Both the position numbers and the translations under genes were made by a program. A stretch of DNA of 63,840 bases, the filler included, from Hausera hauseri (lineage: Eukaryota), in the NCBI GenBank assembly GCA_046269625.1. It is 12 parts of 12 records of this genome, joined end to end, with 100 filler letters (N's around TTAATTAATTAA, not from the genome) between each part and the next. Parts side by side here need not be neighbours in the genome. Positions count along the whole stretch, not along the records: positions 35,194 to 39,285 come from JBJURY010767318.1; positions 39,386 to 44,651 come from JBJURY010295279.1; positions 44,752 to 48,931 come from JBJURY010717213.1; positions 49,032 to 53,960 come from JBJURY010389035.1; 8 more parts are not named here. One strand, written 5' to 3'. Positions 38,101 to 50,364 of the stretch are shown in pieces; the first letter of the stretch is position 1; each line of letters starts with the position of its first letter. The notes beneath the pieces were generated by a model that worked only from the letters and a program-made list of their open reading frames with translations, was not told the origin of the DNA and did not search any database.

Positions 38101-39285
38101 GTTACCCGGTTTGTTTTGAAATTCAGTGTTATATCGTGAGATTTCCTTGATCCAACGGTTTAACTTACATGTCGGATTATTAGCTCGCCCATTCCATGTC
38201 GTAACTGCTTTATGATAGGTCGTTATTATAATCTTTCGTCCACAGACATAGGCATTAAAGTGTCGTAGTGCTTCGTTTACGGATAACGTTTCTAATTCGG
38301 TAACTGAATAATTCTTTTCCGCTTTCTTCAATGAGCGTCCTCCATAGGCTATTGGATGTTTTAATTCCTCGTCTTCTCTTTTCTGAGCTAGTTCGTACCC
38401 TATACCTTCTTTACTTGCATCTGTTTTAATGATGAATGGTAGGTTAAAATCCGGGTATCTTAAAACTGGTTCGCTTGTCAGAACTTTCTTAATTGCGTCG
38501 AATGCTTTTTGTTTCACTTCCTTCCATCTCCACTTAGTCCCTTTTTTGAGTAGGCGATATAGTGGTGCGTTAATTTTCGAATTGTTCGGTGCGTAAGTGG
38601 CATAATATCCGCATAGGCCTAACCACTGTCTTAACTCTTTTTGTATCTGCGGTTCCATGCAATCGGATATCTTAGTAGAGATTTGTCCGGTTTTGATCCT
38701 CCTTCTCCAACTATGTGTCCGAGGTACGATACGACGTTCTGTGCCCATTTACACTTTTTTGGATTTGGTTTCAACCCGGCTTGTTCCAGTCTCATAAGTG
38801 TATCCTCAATATACTTTAAGTGTTCTTCTTCTGTTTTTGATGCTATCATCACGTCGTCCAGGTGCGCGAATGCATGATCAAGTCCCATGAGAATCTTATT
38901 TATCATTCTAGTAAAATAGCTAGTCCTGTGATGATGCCGAAAGGCATAACATTAAATTCGTATACGCCATCGTGTGTTTTGAATACTGCCTTATATCGAT
39001 CTTCTTCTTCAATTTCCACTTGCCAGTATCCCGATTGTAAGTCGAGAGTGGTGAACCATTTCGCTTTTTATAGTCTGTCTAAAGCTTCTTTTACTGACGG
39101 TAGAGGCAACGAGTCTTTCATCATCAATGTGTTTAATGCGCGATAATCTATACAAAACCGATGTTTTGTGGTTCCTTTCTTCTTAACCATAAGTATGGGC
39201 GAGTACCATGATCGATAACTTGGTCGAATTATGTCGGACTTTAACACTTACTCTAATTCCTTAGTTATCTCCGGTCTCAATGAGT
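35194..39285 (-). mobile_element. pol: Gypsy family A, copy 2 (RT-RNaseH-IN plus 3' membrane-protein region)
   Basis: Motifs nearly identical to copy 1 (IIKTDASKEGIGYELAQ, EHDSYLAGHMSWKK, KDQKDWDEFLEGTQFAINTTPH). Confidence 0.95.
35296..36700 (-). pseudogene. Integrase-fused type I membrane protein (signal-like segment, Cys-containing ectodomain, FN3, TM)
   Basis: ORF 36366-36938 runs from the IN C-terminal WKGPYEI into YVQIVLASSLIASYIP. Downstream are CTGLKPKTDYIIQMIA (FN3 motif) and the TM LSLISIIGSSTFALIMLIAFC. Confidence 0.72.
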
Positions 39286-39385
39286 NNNNNNNNNNNNNNN
39301 NNNNNNNNNNNNNNNNNNNNNNNNNNNNNTTAATTAATTAANNNNNNNNNNNNNNNNNNNNNNNNNNNNNNNNNNNNNNNNNNNN

Positions 39386-41016
39386 AAAGGCAGCTCCTGA
39401 GTCTATAAGAAAGTCGATATGTGAAGTACCTCTGCATAACAGTACAGCTTTCAACAGAAAGACTGCAGAGGCGGTGTCGAAACGGCCAAAAGATGGAGCG
39501 ATATTGCCTGCACCAGAATGTGCCATAAAATCTGGTGGCAAGCGAGATTTATCGTTGTAATGTTTACAACCAGGCACGCATGATCTAGCCTGTGACTGGA
39601 ACTTTTTGTGGTAGACACAAATAGGGTTGTCCACAGCGTACCTTTTACTGTAGAACCGACAACCCAAAAAGCATTTCCCAGCATTCCTTTGAAATCGCGT
39701 GTGATAGAAGCAAGTCATGCGTCCGCCAGGTGAAATGGATCAAGTAGAGTGTCTGGAAATGCTTCTCTCCCTTGAAGGTCTGGTTTCACTTCGTCGAGGA
39801 CCATTAAGATTATTTAGTTGGGTAGTAATGGTTGATATCGACTACTGTAACTTGTCAAACTGTTGCTGCACCATTTGAAATTGTTGAGTAAAAATGTTAT
39901 ATCTATAGTTGGAGCACATATGGTTGCAGCCGCAATAGGAAGAGAACTGTTAGTATGAAGAATCTCAAAGGATTTGTCAGCCATTATTACCAGTTTTTCG
40001 ATAGCAATGGATTCATCGACAACGGTTAATAAGTTTCTGATTGAGGTGGGCAACGATGACAAGAAATAACGGTAAATTAAATCCGCGTTATTCGTAGGTG
40101 TCACTCCTAGAGCGCTAAACTGCATAATGGCCGTATGGAGAAAATATGATGGCTTTTGGTTTCCTACTGCGTGGTCGTTAAAATACTTTTGTATTATATT
40201 ATCAATCTAAAGATCTGTGACATGCAGTACAGCTTTACAGAGTGTATTGTAAGGTATCGAGGATTGTAGCAGCTCGGATATATTACTAATCTGCTGCTTG
40301 ACGTTGACAGGCAGAAGGATTAAAAGACTATTGGCTCGCACCAAAGAATCAGTAATGTTGTTCGATTTTAGCCACTGTTGGCGGAATTGGAGCCATGGTT
40401 TGCAGGAGTTGTTTTTGTCGAGAAAATATTCCACACAAGGTAAATTTAACGAACCTCGTGACTGTTGGGAGTGTGACAAACGATAGACGTTGCCTGTATT
40501 TGTGGATTTGTCATCCGAGCAGGATGGATTTGGATCCGATCCACCTCGGAGGCGAAAATGGAGCATAAGGTGGATGACTGGACATTCATGGCATACGAAA
40601 GACAAGAGTGAGTCGACGGCATGTACAATGGTACCTCGATGTGTAAAATAGAAATTGGCAGTGTCGAGTGAGAAGGATAGAGAGGTGTATAGTAGCTGCA
40701 CCGTGGAATTGAGTGGAGCCTTAATAATCGTTATGTTTTGATTGTTATTGAAGATAAGAAGGGAGAGTTGCAGCGAAACAATTCCACGAGAATGGTAAAA
40801 TGCAAAAGGAACTTGTGCTGTTTTCTTCCTTGTTAACAAAAGATATGGGCGTGCAGTCGGGATAGCGGTGGCAAGTGATGATTGGAATAAAGCAGTGTCC
40901 AAAGATAATAAGCTAAAAAACCTTTTAATGTGAAAAATGGTGGGAGATGTGAGGAATTTGTAGATGCGAAGAACATGGCTGCACCGGTGGGCATAAATCA
41001 GTAAAAAGAACCTCAC
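39386..41016 (-). mobile_element. gag: CsRN1-like Gypsy gag-protease with N-terminal ubiquitin-like domain
   Basis: Ub-like domain ending RLRGG (40540-40773). Gag motifs PWLQ...NITDS...LP...PYNTLCKAVL and GNQKPS...FLSSLPTSIR...MAD, two C-X2-H-X9-C-X3-C knuckles, and protease FLIDSGA at the contig end. Confidence 0.82.
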
Positions 41017-41749
41017 CCACCTGTGTTTGAATATCTGAGTCCTGGATGTCGTATTTGGTCACATCTGGAGTGTTTCCCCCAGTGGACCATCCTTGTTGAT
41101 TAAATGGATGCCGGTCTCGTCGACACCTCTCCAATATTGGTTCTTTCTTCCTGAGGTTTTCGATAGCATTTCAACTAGACTTTTGGTGAGCATTTTGGTT
41201 TCCAAGCTGATATCCTGTTTTCGAGCCATCGTTTCGAGTTTCTTAGCAGTCTTCTCCAATTCTTTGTTCTGTTCAGCCTTTTTCTTTTGCAATTCATCAA
41301 GCATAATCGATATAGGAATTGTCGATAAGACGTTATCAGTTGTGTTCACGGAGATATTAGACATATCACTACTGGTTATACCATCCTCAATTTCACTGTG
41401 AATAAGACAGTCAATTAAACGATCCATTATTTGAAAGCTGATAATTGCAATATCCATGGACACCATTAGGACGTTGATTTCTTTCGTCACTATACGAGAA
41501 ACAGTCTGTTGAAGAAGTAATTCTTGAATGATTTGTTTCCGTTTGTCAAGTCAAGATCGAACGATCAGTCGAATAAAAGAATCCATTACATAATTGAAAG
41601 TCTGTGTTAAACGTTCGACAACAAATTGACACAACAGTTCGTAACTAGTGACAGTTTGATCAGATTTAGTGTAGGACATTGATATGATATGTTCATCACT
41701 GTTTCGATAATGTGATGACAGTTCACTGCTACTTTTCCGAGTGGTCAAA

Positions 41750-42085
41750 TGATTGATTTCCATTATTTGACGGACGATTTCATTTGCAATTTGATTACCC
41801 CACTCATTTATCAACGGCATATTTATATTATCAATAGAGATTGACAATTTTTTAGCAGCCGGTGGCCCAAATGTTGTGTCTACTTGTTTCTCAACAAAAC
41901 TTTCAATTGTGCGCTGAATTAATGCTGGAGTAGTAGCAGATGAAAAGTTAAAAGATTTAGAAACATGAGATTCAGGATTATATTTTGCCATAAATTTCGA
42001 TACTATAACTGTCTTAGCTGTTCCTTGTTCACCAATCAATGGGTCAGATTTCCCTTGTTTGGCAATGGTATCAATGAGAGTTTCA
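41750..42085 (-). pseudogene. Isolated fragment of axonemal dynein heavy chain (DNAH5/8-like, AAA3 P-loop)
   Basis: [10 protein letters not shown]...FNFSSATTP...[44 protein letters not shown]; no flanking dynein sequence. Confidence 0.8.
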
Positions 42086-42697
42086 GTCCTTACATTATCA
42101 ACATTAGGTACAAGAATTTTCGAATATCAGGAACGTGATCTGTGGCTCGAACCAAGGCAGATGTATTGGGATTGTCCGTATCGCTGTCCAATGATTGTAT
42201 AATATTATTGCAGAGTTTAAGACCAACGATACAAACATCAGGATTGGTGCTGCTGCCTCTGAGAGTGGCCAATGGGATGAAAATGAATGATAAGATAAAA
42301 ATGAATGATAATATGAAAGTCAATGACAGAATGCAAGTTGATGAAAAGATGAATGTAATGAGAGAATAAACATTTTATATGTTACGCTTTGATGTCATGC
42401 AATGTACTCAAATGATATAATGTGTAGCGCCCTAGGAGTAAGTTCGTGTCAAGAGTATCCCTCAGGATACAGCACTCTTTCTTCAGTGTGAGTTAACGTG
42501 AGTTGGATGTTTTGTTCAGCATCTTGTCTGAAGCCGCTACTAACGCTGCGTCCCACGTGAAGCTCCGTTAGGCCATTGTCATCATTTTGGCCGTTTTGTC
42601 TCGGAAGCAGGTGACACTGACCAGCAGCGCTGCTGGCCGAGCTATGTCGGCTGTAACCGCTGACCCGACGGTCACCCTCACGGTGGGACGCCGCTAG

Positions 42698-43864
42698 TCA
42701 TTCTGACAGCTGCGTGTTTGTATTGAGGGCATCTTCTTCGTAATCCCTCACTCCCTTACAAACCTTACATGACAGCAGACGCCGAAATGCGTTGTAGAAA
42801 TTTCTATTAAAATAATAATACAGTAGTGGATTCATAAGAGAGTTGATATAGCCGAGCCACAACGCAATCTGCCAGGGTACATACATCAGTGAGTATCCAA
42901 GCAGAGGGTCGATGATGTTCATAATGAAAAACGGAAACCAGCACACGGAAAAGCAGCCCATAATAATTCCAAGCGTTTTGGCTGCTTTGGATTCTTGTTT
43001 AAATTTGCTTTTTCTTTTGCAGTGATTATAATGATTATGATTCCCAGCAGCTTCAAGGGTTCGAATCTGATGCGCTTGTTTGACAGCCGCCATGTATATC
43101 TTTACATTACAGACAGCCATAAACGCTACGGGAATGTAGAAAGCTATCAAGGAGCAGATAAATGCGAAAGGTATATTCACGACGAACGAGCAGACTTTGG
43201 CGTCTGTTGGATACGCGCAGCTGACAATGTCTTCAATTCCGACATGATTCCATTCATTGAAGATGGGAATAAATGAGATGAAGATCGGTGTCATCCAACA
43301 GAAAGCAAGCATAGCTGCCACCCAACGGAAAGATAAACGTTCGTGGAGAAACGGGCGACAGATGGCAAGGTAGCGGTCTATGGCGAGGCACGACAGATGA
43401 AAAATTGACACGGTACACATCATAACATCAAGACTGGATGAAAGCTTACAAAGCAACTCGCCAAGATGCCAGACTCTGTTGTTGACTTCTTGGTATATGG
43501 AAAACGGCATGACGAAGAGGGAAACACACATATCAGCAACAGCCAATGAAACCACGAAAGCGTTTGTAGGCGTCCTGAGTTTTCTGTGTGTTATGACAGC
43601 TAAAATGACGACGCAGTTCCCAAACATGGTCAGGATCGGCACGCATATGAGAACCACTGAAATAGTGTATCTCATGGCGTCGTCGTATTCTGGAGGTGGA
43701 CCGGCCATATGGGCCAAAATTTCCTCGCATTTTAATGGTGATGAATTGAAGTTGTTTTCCGCCACTGGATGAACTGTAACGTCGGCGTTGATGTAAGCCA
43801 AATGATCGATCTCCTGTGGGGAAATCGAAGTTACTAGATCATGTCGACTACCTTTAGATACCAT
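42698..43864 (-). CDS. HTR4: 5-HT4-like aminergic class A GPCR, coding region uninterrupted
   Basis: GN, SLAVAD, D3.32 (LDVMMC), DRY, WMTPIFISFIPIFNEWN, CSFVVNIPFAFICSLIAFYIP, KAAKTLGIIMGCF.VCWFPFF, WLGYINS.MNP.LY. TM4-TM7 closely resemble 5-HT4. First ATG at 43864; a splice acceptor-like TTCTTGTAG lies just upstream. Confidence 0.88.
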   Translation of the reverse strand: MVSKGSRHDLVTSISPQEIDHLAYINADVTVHPVAENNFNSSPLKCEEILAHMAGPPPEYDDAMRYTISVVLICVPILTMFGNCVVILAVITHRKLRTPTNAFVVSLAVADMCVSLFVMPFSIYQEVNNRVWHLGELLCKLSSSLDVMMCTVSIFHLSCLAIDRYLAICRPFLHERLSFRWVAAMLAFCWMTPIFISFIPIFNEWNHVGIEDIVSCAYPTDAKVCSFVVNIPFAFICSLIAFYIPVAFMAVCNVKIYMAAVKQAHQIRTLEAAGNHNHYNHCKRKSKFKQESKAAKTLGIIMGCFSVCWFPFFIMNIIDPLLGYSLMYVPWQIALWLGYINSLMNPLLYYYFNRNFYNAFRRLLSCKVCKGVRDYEEDALNTNTQLSE

Positions 43865-44039
43865 CGTGTGCACACATTTATTGAAACGCACTGGCTACAA
43901 GAAATACATTAATGTTAACCAGCCAATACTATTAAGCTCAAAACTATTATTTTAATATTTCTTACTTGAGAATTGATGCCCTTTAATGTTAATTACTTGA
44001 TTAATGGAGATCTTTGGAGTTATTTAAACTTATGAAGGG

Positions 44040-44651
44040 ATTTATAAAGATACTGCTTATGTTGTATCCAAATCCAGCCATTATATGTGTTGAAAATCTC
44101 ATGTCTCTTATGATATTCCATAACTTTTTATCTTGTACACAGTCAAAAACCTTGGTGCAATCAATGAAACAAGTGTGTAGGTCTAAGTTGTACTCTCTGC
44201 ACTTCTCGAAGATGTTTCTCAATTTAAAGATATGGTCTCTGGTGCCCCTACCATGTCAGAGCTGAGACTGTATTTCGTGTATATCTTCTTCTAGTTTCTT
44301 TTTCATTCTCTACATGATGATGTGTAAGAGGATTTTACTGGCATGGCTTATAAGAGTGATGGTGCTGTAATTGGTACACAATTTTAGATTGCCTTTCTTT
44401 GGTATATACTGATCTTTTCCATGCTTTGGGCCAATCAGCACTTTTCCAGATCCAAACACATGGTGTATGATAGACTCGGGTGCTAGCTTCCCCTCCTGCG
44501 TGATTAGTTCAACCGGTATGTCATCACAACCTGTATGTCATCACAACCTGGTGATTTCCCTTTCTTTAGGCTATTGGTTACGGAATTTCTTCATCTAATG
44601 TAGGTTCTGGTTCTTTATCTTCGTCTTTCATATTTTCTGTATTACTTTTGG
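44040..44651 (-). mobile_element. RTE-like LINE RT fragment
   Basis: KGKSPGCDDIP, NYSTITLISHASKILL, NLRNIFEKCREYNLDLHTCFID. Confidence 0.85.
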
Positions 44652-47600
44652 NNNNNNNNNNNNNNNNNNNNNNNNNNNNNNNNNNNNNNNNNNNNTTAAT
44701 TAATTAANNNNNNNNNNNNNNNNNNNNNNNNNNNNNNNNNNNNNNNNNNNNGCTTGCGGCAGTGCGCTCCCTTCCATCTACTTTGATCAGTGACTAATCA
44801 TTGTTACAATACATCGAATGTAATATTACAATATACGTAAAATGCAAACATCTTCGTCTTGTTTTGTATTGTTAAACCCCACTGATGGGTATCTTTATTG
44901 TTTCCTGTTTTTGTACGTATGTTGTTAACCAGTTGGAGGCGGCAGTGGTGTCATTAGTAACAAACACGAGAACTTTTAAAACTCACATAAGGTATAGTCA
45001 CCATTTCAGATAATAACAATTTATTGGGTCGTTAAGAGAAAAAAGGAAAATTTGTTCTTGTAGAAATATTAATAGGAATTGATATAATTTGATATTTGTG
45101 AACATATAATTTAGCAAACATATATTAGTGATTAATGTAGCGGTTTTAATTGAATAACCGATTGTTGAAACATTGCCGCTTGTAAAATGAACAAATTTGG
45201 AACATGTGTTATGCCGTTGGTAAATCGACCACAATATAACAATTGCGTGCAGGTGAATTTGAAAAATGCAATTACAGGACATATGTTCTATTATCAGTGA
45301 AATTGTCTACAATAAAATGAATACATTATTGACCAATTAGTAATTTGAAAATGCATTAGCATTATTAGAGTCACCACATGTAAATAAAGAAAATCGAATT
45401 TTAAAAAATCAATTATTAATTCAAAAATCATGTTAATACAATGAACTAGTATATAAGCCAGCAGTAATTACCACAAAAACAACTAGAAGAATACTAAAAT
45501 TCTGACTGAATATTGCAAGCAAATTCAACAGTAAGTCTTTTTGATAATCGGTAATTCATCTTAATCATTTAAAGAGTCATTACCGGTACGATTGTTCAGA
45601 CCAAAATAATCATTGGCTTTGAAAATATATTTTGAGATTGACTTTGACAAAACAGTAATTCCAGATCCGTAGGAAAACTTATCGACATTCATTTCTAAAT
45701 GGCAGAACAGGCTACGAATACTCACAATTATTCAGGAGAACAAAATGGTAATGAACAAGTATAATTACTTATTGTGAATAAAATAATCGTTTTCACAAAT
45801 GATTCCATATCGCCGCTAAAAGATTTTTGTATAGATTTTTAATATAATAAATGATTTTTATAAAGAATTTATATATGAAAGGATGTTGAATTAGATAGCT
45901 AACTGACCCTAACTACAGAAGGTCGTTCGAGAAGGAGATGAACGCGATGATTTTGAAACAATGAATCTCTCCGAAGGAAACCCGACGGAGAATGATTGTA
46001 TTTAACATTAACGAAATATGATGAAATCGTCGAATTTAAAGAAAATACAAAGATGAATACGGTTCGGGAAGACGATTGATCGATTATCGCGTTATTCTCA
46101 TAACAAGGATTGTTAAATTATATCATTTTTTCTCTATTTGAGTACGTGAAATTTTCTTTGGGATGAATAAAACATTTCATAATAGTGGCTGATGATTGTA
46201 TGATGAACTACTTCCAATAATGATAATCAATGATATTTACAATGCAAAGACGATATGTATGGGTTAATAGGCTTGAATTGTAAATTGATATACAGATATA
46301 ACTAAGCATTTAAGGGAGCGTCATCGTTGGTGATGGGTCAAACTATATACATTCAATTATTTCCTTTTGTATTGGATTATTATCAATTCGTTATAAGAGG
46401 GTATGATTGAATAACCTCGTAACGAGTTATGTTTAAGGGTTTCCTTTTGTGTTAAAGGAATTGGTAATAGTGTTAACCAAATGTGTATCGAATCTTGACG
46501 AGATATTATTCAATTAGGAATTAATAGATTCGTGTAGATTTATGATTTGTTAAATTGACATAATGATGTCCTCCTCGAGAGACCAAGTTATGACAACGAA
46601 TATGAAATCAAAAAGTTACGATGTTGAAGGTTTTAACGTAGCTGAATTGCCTGCCATTGAGTTATTGAAATGCAGAAATTGCTTACACCTGATAGTAGAA
46701 AAATACAGCGGAATTGATTAGCATTAGTCTAAAACTAGCCTTCGGTAATAAGAACCAATTAATTGATTCATCCAAAGCATATTTGTCTTTCGGTTTAGAT
46801 AGTTATCTTGACCGTTAATCAATAATTATGAGACTAATCCAAGTTTTAAAGTTTGCGGAGGTATACCTCGAAGGTAAGATTAACACCTAAAATTGGCATT
46901 ATAAAGTGAATTTATTGACCGTGTAGATTATCTGGATTGTTAAGTGATGAATTCATAAAATAGAGTAAAGTAAAGGTCGAAGCGTCTAACAGGATGTCTG
47001 AATAAGATAAGAGCCAATGATGAATACCATAAAATTAGAGGATGAAAATCAGCTCGGAAGGATTAACATTGTTATTATGGAATGTTGGACTAGAATTAGA
47101 GATCTAGATGTCACTTATGATAGAGTTATTTGGGATAGTCGTAATGGAAGTCTAGAGATATTAGGATGACAAAGTACACTCATCTATGTGAGAAACTACT
47201 TAGTAATGACGCATATGGAATGCTAATGTTTTAATAAACATTAAAACAGTGTATAAGTTAAATAATGGATAGGTAAAAAGAATAAATTCTTTTTGAAATT
47301 TACCTTATGTTACGTCATATGATAGTATATAATATTTCTTGTTTGAATGGATATGTTTATTCGCTATTGTACTGGGAAGAGAAAATTATTTAGTTAGAAG
47401 GGAACAATTTAATCTCGATGAATGATTAAATTTAGCTCAGTTAAAAATTTACATATTGTAACTCAGAGATTGAATATTTGGGAATAAATAATATAACGGT
47501 GATTGATAACAGATAAACTGGTTTGGGACACCTGAAGAATTATTCGTGTTTTGGGGCATTAATGACATTCTTTTGAAAAGGCTAATATCTCAGTACTGTT

Positions 47601-48289
47601 TAGGGTAAATTAATATATCATGTTTGTAATTTAAGTAAAATAATTTATCTTTTCTGATATTCATCGTCATCTTATATGTAAGTACCGGATATTGGCTGTA
47701 CAAGGATGTGAAACAAACTAACTAAATTTAACTCTGGTTTGTTGGAAGAATTGAAAAGATTTAGAATAAACATACAGGACATGTCTTCTATAAGGTGAGA
47801 CTATGAATCAATACACTGATAAGGATGATATTAGATGTAACAAATTTCTTAAGATAAAAATCGATTTTCAAAGTCTAATCAAAATCTTGTTTGTTGATAA
47901 TATGATTGTGCAACACATGAATTACTTGGTGTTATTATGGCATCAAAAGAATTATATATACTTTCTATTCAGCAGATCTATGGAAGTAATAAGTAACGAC
48001 ATTATAATAAAAAACCGAAAGTAAAATTAATGATGTTTTACGGGATATAAGTACAATAGTTATTACGAAGAATTCGAAGGAGCCGGATAATTACGATTGT
48101 CAAACCGCCACAAGAACTCATTTCCTTCAGGATAATTCACATATTATATTAGTTAAGCGTATCTTTTATTATATGTTGCAACTCTAAATTGCCCAGAAGA
48201 CTCTATATAAGTTGATATTATGATAGAAAGAGATTGAGAACAAATGTAATGAGTAATGAATATAAAAAGAAAGCAACAATGTTCATTGT

Positions 48290-48660
48290 CTAAATACCGC
48301 CGAATGGTACTTGGACGTGCAGTACTATTGCTAAATTCGACAATTTCTTTCCTGAACTTCTCCGATATCTTGAAGGGAGCTGTCTGAACACAGTTTGAGA
48401 TGACGCACGTCTCGTGTTGATAGCTTCTTGCGTCTTCCACAGTTTCCTCTGATGCTTGCTACTGATCCTCCTTCCTTGTATTTCTAAAATGATATAAATT
48501 ATATAAATTACACATATTGAGACTCTTACCTTGATGGAATTCCTTACAGCTCCAACAGAAACAGATAATAATGCTGATATTTCTCGTAAGGACTTCCGTT
48601 TAATATGTAGCGAAATCATGCGCTATTTCAAGTTTAAACTAAAGTCTGTCCTTTCCCCAT
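48290..48660 (-). mobile_element. Tc1-like transposase N-terminus with a 46-nt intron (48484-48529)
   Basis: KSLREISALLSVSVGAVRNSIK|GTAAGA...TTTTAG|KYKEGGSVASIRGNCGRRKKLSTRDVRHL. Confidence 0.75.
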
Positions 48661-50364
48661 TGCTGGAAGGTTTTAAATGTGGCATCTAATATACAACCAA
48701 GGAATTGATTACATAAATCAAATATTTATTTCAGAAATTAGGTTTATTTCAAATTTCCATGGATGTGCTTATTTTTTGCACGACATTGTACGTCGTTTTC
48801 ATAATCTTCCAGAGGAATTTTAAAATGGCATAAAACTTTCTTTTTTTCAACAAATATTTTACTCAAGTCAGATTTCCAGTTTGTTGTTCATGTTATGTCC
48901 GTGTACAATGTATTTATCTAATTATCAGTTANNNNNNNNNNNNNNNNNNNNNNNNNNNNNNNNNNNNNNNNNNNNTTAATTAATTAANNNNNNNNNNNNN
49001 NNNNNNNNNNNNNNNNNNNNNNNNNNNNNNNCCACGATAAATTATTGTTGGTATCATATTGCTTCATTTTACATTTTTTCTTATATATTTGTGTGTCTTT
49101 ATTATATATCGTGATGTTCTTTAAAATAATTACAAAACCGAAAAAATCGATATTTGTCTAAATCCGCATAAAAGTTCATGTGTTTAAAGTTCACATGTAC
49201 GTAGAAAATTCGTTTTCCTTTGCTATACGTTGATGGAGATGCGTAAAAACTTTGCGACATACATAGCCATAATCAGTAACCGATGACCGATCGATTGAAC
49301 TCGGTTATGTTGAATTTCGATGAAAAATAATTTCCGTTTCCATAGGTATACCCTATGACGATTTTCGATGTTTTCCATCGTTGTTCCGTTCGGCAATGGG
49401 TTATTTCCATTCGGACACCATTATCGAATAGCCCGAGTCATGGGCTTTCGTTTCCTGTTCCACTTTACATGCGATTCCATTATCAGTGCACACACACATG
49501 GGTGTTTGTGACGTCATCGGTGCATCGTGCACCTTCCTTTCCGGTTCCCTCGGGCTACTTACAAGCCCATTGTTATGGAACCATCAACTGTTGGTTGATA
49601 TGGTTTCCCACTTCCTCATAAACCATATGCAGGTTGTGGATCACTTTTTCTCCATCGCCCCGTGTCTCTGCGCTCCATCCGATCGACTTCGTTCCTTCGA
49701 CATTTGATGCGTTATCCATGTCCCATCATTTCTATGCGTCACACGTCACCATCTATCATTTCCTTCTAACATCCGTGTTGTGCCCACATTCACTCTATGG
49801 ATAATTTGTATACGAAAAATATTATTAAGGCAGGTGTTTAAATATTGGTATGCAGAAGCGGTGTAAAAAATTTGAAATCGAATAAAAATTATAAACGTAT
49901 CATTTTGAAAACAAACCTATTTTGTATATAAAAAGTTTTCTTTGCTGTGTAATTATGTTGCTTTATTAATGGAAGTTGGTAATTCGAAAAATTTATCGAC
50001 AACATTCGATCCAAAATCTACGACACATCTTGGAAATTTGGCAGTTAATTCTTCAACAAACGACCAGTCTGTTCCTTGTAACTATCCATCATTGCGACCT
50101 CCCGTGCCATCGATTTGTTCAACTGATCTCGATGATGTGCCGTGCACCAGAAATTTATCCGGTGCAGGAAACAATGATTTTTACAATCCGCTTTTTTTCG
50201 TGCATTTCCCCATCTTCCGTGGTGCATGGTGAACCTTTCCCGGTGTGAGTTTTGAAATCTCCGTCGCCTAATTGACAAACCCAGTACCTGTGTGCGCATC
50301 AAGCACGCTTCGTATGGGTTGCATGGGGGATGGCTTGACGCAGTGTCCTCACATCCTACTATTT

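Noticed and set aside
41040-41100. Possible PBS/PPT or LTR edge upstream of the Ub-Gag
   Set aside because: There is no second LTR copy and no clear tRNA complementarity to confirm it.
42995-43772. Plus-strand ORFs overlapping the GPCR
   Set aside because: Antisense shadows of the GPCR.
49355-50302. Cluster of short overlapping ORFs
   Set aside because: No recognisable domains or consistent frame.
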